Below are positions 55,655 to 64,000 of a stretch of 64,000 bases of DNA, piece by piece. The notes beneath the pieces were generated by a model. That model saw only the letters and a program-made list of their open reading frames with translations, did not search any database and had not been told where the DNA came from. The stretch's first letter is position 1. Each line of letters opens with the position of its first letter. Source of the DNA: Bigelowiella natans CCMP2755 (lineage: Eukaryota > Protista > Cercozoa). A program made the position numbers and the translations under genes. The stretch is from assembly GCA_000320545.1 (NCBI GenBank), contig ADNK01001154.1, positions 43,504 through 107,503 of the forward strand, given 5' to 3'.

Positions 55655-56055
55655 CAAGTCCGTCAAACCTGTGACGAATCGCCAGAATGTGCATTTGGAA
55701 GCTTTTGCGCGCGACCAAGCGCGTCATGTGATGCAATGGACATTGGATTTGCTCGCATTTCTTTGAAATTTTTCGTGCACATCACATTTGGTCAAACGCA
55801 CACGCAAAAGCATTCAAAATGTGGCAGAAAACAAACGCGCAGCGTGCATCCGCTGCACAACGGGTGTGAATTTGCACACTTTGAGGCCTTGAAAATGGAC
55901 ATTTTGGTCAACATTTCGGTCATTTTTTCCGGTTTGGCCATCGGACAAGTTCTGATGACTTTTCTTTGACCAACTGCAACTGCCTGCTGCTTCAAAGCGC
56001 GTCGCAAAGCGCTGCACTGTTCACAACCCTGTCGTCACCGGGTTTGACGGACTTG
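55655..56055. mobile_element. MITE-like element with about 23-bp terminal inverted repeats (Tc1/mariner-like, inferred)
   Basis: CAAGTCCGTCAAACCTGTGACGA at 55655 and TCGTCACCGGGTTTGACGGACTTG ending 56055, with the first 15 bp perfect. Non-coding interior. Flanks CA and TG could be mutated TA target duplications. Confidence 0.65.
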
Positions 56056-56979
56056 TGAACTTGCCATCGTCTCTGCTAGCTTGCGCATGACGATCTAGCG
56101 ATGTGTGCAAAATCATCCAGAGCTCTCCACGACGCTGGACAAACTTGCAATGCAATGCTCGCAATTGCCCTGGGAGGTCTTGTGCAGTGCATGGCCTTGC
56201 GCGAAGGTTCATCATTGCGGAAGTTCGCACATTCATTGCATCAGCGAATTCAACTTGTTCAAAGGCAAACGCTACGAACGAACCCCACATGCTGGCGTGC
56301 TGGCGTGTGCAAGTGCATGCACAGCAAGCTTTCGCAAAGCCAAAAATTGCAAAAAAATGCTCCAGTGCTGCACACTGGCTAGCTTGCTGGCAATGAAGTC
56401 ACTCTCACATGCTGGCATGGACGTGCGATCAACCCTTGCACCGATGCCAACAGATCTGTGATCATGCTCTGCTTGCTGCTGCAGACAGACACAGCACATG
56501 TGATGTGACATGCACGCATGTCTGTTGTTGCTACGCACGCCTGCCAGCCTGTGCATCGTCGTGCAGGTGCTTCAATCCACGCAAACAAACAAACAGGCAA
56601 TTCGCAGGCAACGCGTACGTCTGGTTCACTGGGAGCAGTTGCACTGCGACACATCATGCAGCTATGCTAGCACTTGCGATGCAGCCACCACGTGCCGCAA
56701 TGAAAGCTCACTTGCGTTAGGTGCATGTGGATGCGACGCATGCAGCAACATCGATGCGAGTGAGAGACGCAGCACATGTAAACGTGTCTCATGCTAGCAT
56801 GACATGTCATGCAAATCTAGAAATGTAAATGAACCTACATGATGCTAGCAAGCATGTGTCTGCAGTTCATGACGGCATATGGCGGATGCGGGTGCATGAT
56901 GTGTTGTGCAAATGAAAGCCATGCATGTGCGACTGGATTACGTGCAACTCATTGTCCACCGAATACCCAGCGCACTCAT

Positions 56980-57373
56980 GATACGATAAATGACTAACGC
57001 ATGTTGATTTTTTATAACGACTTTTCATGCGCACACTTTTGATTCTCAACTTTTCTGCACACACAGTGCTTGCTCTCTGCACAAGATCGTGCTGTGCGGT
57101 GTGTTGTATCAATTATTATATAAATTTATATGGGTTATAGGGTATATAAAACGGGCACTATTGTTTTAAATTTCATCACTCAAAGACTCAACTCATTCAA
57201 TTTTGACGCGGGACTCCGGAATGGAAAAGTTATTCATCATAAAATGATACACTTTTCCTTCTCCGCTAAAGATTCAATTTCGTCGATTATCGCAGAAGCT
57301 GACACCCTGGTGAGATCAAAAGTGGTAATGTTATATTTACATATTTACGCATAATTTATATACATACATACAT

Positions 57374-57406
<33 letters not shown>

Positions 57407-57514
57407 CCCACCGTTCCTTAGGATTTTTCTTGATGCAGCGGGCTATCAGTTTTCTGTTGCAAAAATTACGTAATGCATTTATTTTTTGTGTTGTGAATGC
57501 CACACCGAGACACG

Positions 57515-57553
<39 letters not shown>

Positions 57554-57695
57554 GAGTGCATAAATAACAAACGTGGGTTGAGGTAATAGGGTAACACAAT
57601 CCGAATCATATTGAGTAATTTTACATCTACCTTGCCACGGTGCTTTTGACTATCGAGACGTCCAGTTCCTTATCTGTGAAGATAAGAATTCAAAT

Positions 57696-57735
<40 letters not shown>

Positions 57736-57897
57736 AGGAGAGAGAGAGGGGAGGGGAGAATAAGGGTAGAACTAAGTATTTTCTGTGGTTTGAGTGAAAA
57801 AAGGTTTCAGAAACAAAATTACCTTCGGACTTCTTGCGATTTAATCGATTTTTTATAGGTTCGAATATATCTGCAATAGGACGGCAATTACCACATA

Positions 57898-57932
<35 letters not shown>

Positions 57933-58565
57933 GTGTGTGTGTGTGTGATGGTGCATGGATATAGCCGTTGACGCGCTATTTTCGTGGATGTGTATCTCCT
58001 ACCAAGGAGCACAACGCCGTAGGAATACATGTCCGAGCTCCGAGTATTATCCTGCATGTTGCACACACAAGCAGCATGGTATTAATGAGTTTTCAATGAA
58101 ACAAATTGTGAGTAATACGGATTGTGAAGATATCATTCTGTACCTCAAGATGCAGCAAAATCTCAGGGGCACAGTATCTTTTGTCGCTCAGCTATTTTGA
58201 TGTGAGGATTGGAAGAGAGAGGGGAGGAGGGAGGGTGGGGGAGAAGAAGAGAGTGTGTGAATTATATATGTGATAATGAGAAATCCAAACACACACACAC
58301 ACACACACACACTAACGCACACTCAGAGAAATTACTAAAAATGAATTATTTTCTCAATGCTGATGATTGCCATAAGCAGGCAGAAATTATTATTTGTTCT
58401 GGTAATAATAGCTGTGTGTACCTTTTTCTTTGGCATTTCTGAGCTCTTTGAAAAAAGGAAGCGGGAAAATCCAAAATCTGCTAACTTGGCCTGCACACAA
58501 ATTAATGATACCTCTTTATACAAATATGCGTCACACACACACACACACGCGCGCGCGCGTATATG

Positions 58566-58614
<49 letters not shown>

Positions 58615-58801
58615 GTAAAATATGTATCTATACATGTATAAATGATTCGACCTGTCCATAGGAATTAAACAATATGTTTTTGGGATTAACGTCTCCGTGC
58701 ACAATAGCCTGTAGGATTGATTCATTTACAGTTATTAAACTAGATGTGGTTTTTCAAAATGTCAAAACTTTATATACTGCGAGCCGCCCCCCCCTCCCCC
58801 C

Positions 58802-58832
<31 letters not shown>

Positions 58833-59481
58833 GCACACACGCACACATATATAATTTAGAGTGTTCTTCACAATATACACATCCCACTCAAACAAGACAC
58901 AGGTGCCCACTTCTTACTGGATTGCAATTGTGTAGGAAAGCTAGAGCACTACAAATATCCATTGCTACCCTCCAGTTAGTCTGTTTAGAGGAGACAATAC
59001 TTCAGGAGAGATGCTTAAAACTAAATTCGATAACAATCGATAACAATCGAACAGATATGTATTTCATCATTTTGTACCTTCTCATTGAACGAGGTTCGCG
59101 TCTGAAGATGATGATCTAATGTTCCTCCTGACATCCTCTCCACCAGTAACATAAGTCCCTAAAAGGTAAATGTATTTATCCCCAATAAAGATATTTATCT
59201 TGAAGCTGGTTTCAAGGAGTGATACAACATTACGGATTCTCTAGTTAAAATACATATTTGAAATACTACATCCTAATCTCATTACCAAATCTTCTCGAAA
59301 TGAAGCTCCCAGAAACATCGTGATGTTTGGATGTCTAATAGTTTTCCACACCTAAGGCATAATAGCAAGCCTATCAATATAAAATAATACCCAACCAATC
59401 CTATGGTCTCTTCTCTTCCTTAATCTCCCTTAATACAATCTCAACAATTTGCTTACACTAAGCAGGCTGGCACACAAGCAC

Positions 59482-59521
<40 letters not shown>

Positions 59522-59972
59522 ATACCATTTATAGTAGGTATGTATACGTATATGGTTGTATGTATGGAGCCATCTATTCACTGAATGGAAATACCGATAG
59601 TTCCGTTAAGAGTTCCTCCATATGAATACCTCTGTGTGACCAAAGCAAAAAAAGCTTGAGGGATATTTTGTGATTTCTTTTCGAAGTAAATTTTAGGTAA
59701 ATTGAATTACAAGAAAGTGGTTTGCATGGATATGGAGTCAAATAACCTGGATTGATCTTTCGCAATTTTCACGGCAATATCCAGGTTTCTCCATCTACAA
59801 TTCAGTGTGTCGAATCAGTCTCTGTGGAGTACGTTCCATACACAGAGAAAAATAGTGACCTGGCTTCGAAGACCTTGGAGCTGTTTCCTTTCTTTGGGGA
59901 AGCCTGCACGCACATACATACAGAGACACTAATTATTTGGCGACACACACACACACACACACAAATAATATG

Positions 59973-60018
<46 letters not shown>

Positions 60019-61016
60019 GTGTGTGTGTATACAAATATGAAAATAAATTTACATTTTAATATTGTACACATTGTGAGTCCTTTCAGTATTACTGTTGAAA
60101 ATTGTAATTCCTCTGGTTCGATCCACCAATGTTCTGTCTTTCCTGTGGTCTTGATGGTCTGATTTGAGGTAAGGGTCATCATCCTATCTTACAATTGTGA
60201 TTGAGAAGGAAGCAAGTAACTGTACATCACCTTCACAATTTTCCTAAATTCCTGTGTTCTTAGCGAAGATACACTTTTTGCTGAGGAAGATCTGATGATA
60301 GAACGTTGTAAATTATGTGAAAAGGCAACTCCTTGTGGAAGATATACTTGAAGAGCTTTGAATCTTTTCCCAGCCCTGGCGACTGGACCGGTTTTTCCAT
60401 CAGCATGCCGGGTCGTGTCCTTCTCTGGCCTCGCTGGAAAAGCTTGGACTTTTGGCGGTTTCCCCCTTCGAGTTCCGCTACTCTTTCCCGCAGCTACAAG
60501 TTGGAAGCAACGTTTGGTGCTTAGGAGAGGAGAAGTGGGAGCGCAGTTTTTGGGCAAATTAAGATGTAGGAGCAAGCAAACGGAAACCCCCCCAAATACA
60601 AGCAATCACATACTTTTTGGCGAAATCACCTACACCGCACATGCAAGCAAGCTGAACGTTGCTCGGTTTCTCATTTGCGACAAATCCACAAATGAGATTT
60701 CGCTGTTGATTTTTTGGATGTCGGTGTTCTTCTCATTGTTCCTTCCAATCTACAACTTGGGAAGAGCCTTGCCTTGCAAAAAGAATTTGGCATGTTCGTA
60801 GGCCAGAGGCATACAAATATGACATAGCGACAATGAAATATTCATGTCGTCATTGTCATTCAGTATTGAATTGTTCACTTGGGTTAGGGTTAGATGGGGT
60901 TGAGGGTAGCACATTTCTGAGCAATTTAGATGGGGTACTTGGAGATGACGATGCACCCAAATGAACAATTGATCATTGTCTCCTTGCTTTCGCACTGACG
61001 ACATCGATTTCATTCT
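56980..61016 (-). CDS. Tyrosine-kinase-like (TKL) protein kinase, many small exons
   Basis: WWIEPEELQF, WRNLDIAVK, IRHPNITMFLG, ERMSGGTL, VAMDICSALAFLH, IVHGDVNPKNIL, AKLADFGFSR, SDMYSYGVVL. Both ends approximate; 5' exons hard to frame. Confidence 0.85.
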
Positions 61017-61496
61017 TCATTTTCTAGTTTTCCAGAATTAGCCTCTTGCGAAAAGCTTCAGTGTGTCACTTCCCCTGTGTCCATCCATACCGCAGCATTG
61101 AACGCAGCTTTTCTTGACAAATTCCTGGTTGCCGCTGCAAATAAAGCCACTTTTTGAGCCGAAAACATCGCAAAGTGTTGCCGCACAATTGGGATCACAC
61201 AACTGGAATCTCGCACAAGAGAAAGAAAAGCCTCTCCCTCCACACCCAGCATCTCTGCAAGACGTCGAAGAGCACTCTGCTCCGGCCCCCACAAGTCATC
61301 CCATTGGAATCACTTCACAATGGTGTTCTCTCTGTTTGGAGAGGAAGTGAAAGGGTGAGCACTTTTGGTGATCCTTCACAGCTGCACCTTTGGCCCTCAC
61401 TGTTTTCCTTTTTTTTCCTTCTTCGTCCGTGCTGGCACGATTGCTTTTGCAAGTGCCACTTGGCACGTGTGCACGCGGCTGCACGTGCACACGAAC

Positions 61497-61540
<44 letters not shown>

Positions 61541-61544
61541 CTCT

Positions 61545-61579
<35 letters not shown>

Positions 61580-61654
61580 CGTGCTTTTGTGCGCACAAAC
61601 CTGGGTGTGCCAGTGTGGTGGAGCAGACGTGCAACGTTGCAGACTTCAACTTCG

Positions 61655-61980
61655 TGTAGCGCGTACCACTACGCGGGCACAAGTCACGTGCGACAACAAA
61701 GGGGTTGTCGCGGATATAGAATATAGATAACGTAGATATTAATACAGCATAGGCACGTGGGTTCCGGCGGGACTCATGGCAGCACACCGGAAGTGTGCTG
61801 CCCCACGTGCGGCGGCATTCGCGAAAGCTTCGCGAATGATTACGCAGTGCACGATTTAATAAAAATATAATCTTTAATAAAAATAAACACAACTCTTCAA
61901 AAGGAAGCAAACGTGCCTTTCCCCCCCCCTGCCTACTTGTGCACGTAGCGCCTCGGCCTGTGAACACCTTACGCGCAACA
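61655..61980 (+). mobile_element. 5' LTR (326 bp) of a Ty3/gypsy retrotransposon
   Basis: TGTAGCGCGTA...TACGCGCAACA termini, AT-rich TATA-like stretch and AATAAA signals. Near-identical inverted copy at 2546-2872. Followed by PBS and gag. Confidence 0.93.
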
Positions 61981-61985
61981 ACCTT

Positions 61986-62003
61986 TGGCTTCCACACACG
62001 GGA
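61986..62003 (+). promoter_or_regulatory. Putative tRNA primer-binding site
   Basis: TGGCTTCCACACACGGGA starts with TGG (complement of tRNA CCA) 5 nt after the LTR. Cognate tRNA not identified. Confidence 0.6.
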
Positions 62004-62019
62004 AACGATTTGACTAACA

Positions 62020-64000
62020 ATGTCACAGCAGCTAGAAGAACAGCAGGACTTTGGCTCGCAGGCCGTGCAAGGGCACGAGCAGAAACAGGAAAGGAAGGGC
62101 GATACGGACGCTAAGGAAGGAGGAGGAACACCTCCACAGGCACCGCCGGGACCAGCACCCGGGATTAAGAAAGCAGATGCAGCAGCAGAGGCACTGGAGA
62201 ACTTCTACGAGGCGGACGACGAGGACGTGGCCGCCGAAAGCAAGAAGGTCGTAATGGCATTACGAGCCTTGCGACCCAGGGCGAGCAACTACGCCAAACT
62301 GAAAGTATCGATAGAATACAAGTATCAGACACATGATGTTTGGGCAGCTATCATGCAGGACATCATGGATTACGAAGCAGACTTACCTCCAGAGTGGGCA
62401 GCTTTGTTTAGGAACGACGGGGGTCTGGGCGCCTCGCGGGGGACGACCCAGAGCACCGTCAAGCAGCAGCAGCCGGTACAGCGGAACACCCAGTTCATGT
62501 CTGTTAAAACAGCACCGGTTATGATAACGAAATACAACGGGAAAAGAGGTGAGGCAAGGAGGTGGTGGAAGAACGCTAGGAGTATACTCTGCGACTTTAC
62601 CCCTAACCCCACCGAAAACGACAAGCTCAAATGGCTAGCTATAATAAAGCAAGCCATGGACCTTTACGAGACAGGCAGGACCCGGATCAGGCAGCTAGAG
62701 AAAATACACACTACAGTTAGTGGGCTACGAGACGTTGAGGCGATAATGAAGGCTTTTGTAAATGAACAGGATGCTAACTCCCTACCCCAGGCTATTAGAA
62801 AATACAGAGCAATGATGCAGCATGAGAGAGAACCTGTTAGAGACTTTGCCACGCGCTTCCAGGATATGATCGACGAACTACATGATTTTAATTACAACAC
62901 AGGTGATGATCAGGCAAGGTTTGAAGAGTTCAAGTTAAAGATAAAGGAATCCACTTACGTTACGGAGAAAGGCTACACCACGATGGAGGCAGCAGTGCAG
63001 GCTATATCCCTACGCGAGCAGGAGCAGGACCGCAAGTTTACCAGCCCTAAGGTACCTGGCATAGGAAACATTAACGCTATTAAGCCGCAGCGAGACTGGT
63101 ACAAGGACAGGGAAGGTAACCGACGTTGCGGATACTGCTCACGTAAAGGGAAACACACCGCTAAAGACTGCAGAGACAGGAAAGAAGGACGACCCAGGAT
63201 GACGATCAGGCAGCTCAACGAACACTACGAGAAGTTAAAGAGAAAGAAAGGCAGAGGACAAGGATATAACAACAGCAAATGGCAAGGCAGCAACAACGGG
63301 AAGAACAATAAATATAAGAACAAAAAGCAGAACAGTATCAATGCTATACAGCAGCAGATAAACGGAATATTAGATCACCTTAAGCAGGCGCCGACGAAGA
63401 CAGCAGTACCAGCAACGCAGGACCAAGACAAGCCCATGACCCTAGACGACATAAAGAACTTAGGAGTATGCAACATTAATGACGAAGACGCTAACAGGAC
63501 TATCAAAGTTGCTATGACCAAGGTTAAAGTTAAAGACAGCTACGGAGACTACAAGAAACTACCTGCCCTTTGGGATAGTGGCAGCATGCCGAAGTCCTTC
63601 ATAAGCCTAAGCACAGTAAGAAGGTTAGGACTATTGGATCAAGTGACTAAGAAAGAACGTAAATATGCTCAAGCAGACGGAAGCTCTTCCATGAAGACCG
63701 TCGGTGAGCTAATGCTAAAGCTACAGATACCTGGCAGCGACGCGGAGACCCAAATCAAGACCCGAGTAGCCATGACTTTATCCATGGAACTACTCCTCGG
63801 ACAGGATGCCCTAGAAAAATTAGGGGGGATCATATCATTCTACAATCACAAGATATACTTTGCTAAGTTGCCAAAGAAGTCAGGCAGGACCATCAGCCAG
63901 AACATGATACGGCTTGACGAGTGGACCTCTGAGTCAAGCGTTAATGCGTTAGAGTTTATGGACCTAGCGGACAACAAGCTACCTACACCTACCGAGCTAC
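62020..64000 (+). CDS. Ty3/gypsy gag-pol polyprotein, 5' part (Gag, zinc knuckle, aspartic protease); open to window end
   Basis: Uninterrupted frame from ATG 62020, absent from the ORF track because there is no stop. Gag motif QHEREPVRDFATRF, CGYCSRKGKHTAKDC (63127-63171), protease PALWDSGS (D at 63574) and LLLGQDAL. Confidence 0.92.
   Translation, partial: MSQQLEEQQDFGSQAVQGHEQKQERKGDTDAKEGGGTPPQAPPGPAPGIKKADAAAEALENFYEADDEDVAAESKKVVMALRALRPRASNYAKLKVSIEYKYQTHDVWAAIMQDIMDYEADLPPEWAALFRNDGGLGASRGTTQSTVKQQQPVQRNTQFMSVKTAPVMITKYNGKRGEARRWWKNARSILCDFTPNPTENDKLKWLAIIKQAMDLYETGRTRIRQLEKIHTTVSGLRDVEAIMKAFVNEQDANSLPQAIRKYRAMMQHEREPVRDFATRFQDMIDELHDFNYNTGDDQARFEEFKLKIKESTYVTEKGYTTMEAAVQAISLREQEQDRKFTSPKVPGIGNINAIKPQRDWYKDREGNRRCGYCSRKGKHTAKDCRDRKEGRPRMTIRQLNEHYEKLKRKKGRGQGYNNSKWQGSNNGKNNKYKNKKQNSINAIQQQINGILDHLKQAPTKTAVPATQDQDKPMTLDDIKNLGVCNINDEDANRTIKVAMTKVKVKDSYGDYKKLPALWDSGSMPKSFISLSTVRRLGLLDQVTKKERKYAQADGSSSMKTVGELMLKLQIPGSDAETQIKTRVAMTLSMELLLGQDALEKLGGIISFYNHKIYFAKLPKKSGRTISQNMIRLDEWTSESSVNALEFMDLADNKLPTPTEL

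Noticed and set aside
55509-56797. Dense overlapping Cys/His/Ala-rich ORFs on both strands
   Set aside because: By-product of TpA loss removing TAA/TAG stops; no recognisable protein.
60881-60893. Short GGGTTAGGGTTAG telomere-like repeat
   Set aside because: Only two units inside a gene region; chance level.
1-64000. CRISPR arrays, rRNA/tRNA genes, prokaryotic operons
   Set aside because: None seen; the sequence is spliced eukaryotic nuclear DNA with no repeat-spacer periodicity.

Overview
Gene-dense, intron-rich eukaryotic nuclear DNA with short GT-AG introns that often carry microsatellites. Two nucleus-encoded plastid proteins (OHP2 and an adenylate kinase) have signal-peptide plus transit-peptide leaders. 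With SF-assemblin and a green-type OHP2, this points to an alga with a secondary green plastid, most consistent with a chlorarachniophyte (inference). About 17 protein genes lie mostly in alternating head-to-head and tail-to-tail pairs: a REC114-like candidate, OHP2, a CPBP/Abi protease, a tandem DUF4345-like membrane protein, an RRM/Zn-finger protein, an MFS transporter, CAND1, API5, SF-assemblin, plastid ADK, PP4 catalytic subunit, TOM40, a membrane-anchored S8 subtilase, a TKL kinase and a few hypotheticals. A Ty3/gypsy LTR retrotransposon begins at 61655 (LTR, PBS, gag-protease ORF running off the window). An essentially identical LTR with PPT lies inverted at 2546-2872. The strongest unexplained signal is a set of 200-570 bp islands with no TpA dinucleotide but with CpG kept and TpG/CpA abundant. 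They cover a MITE and abut both LTRs, and paired repeat copies differ by directional TA->CA/TG changes. This suggests a repeat-associated, RIP-like TpA mutagenesis distinct from CpG deamination. Gene models were spliced by eye, so ends are approximate where stated.
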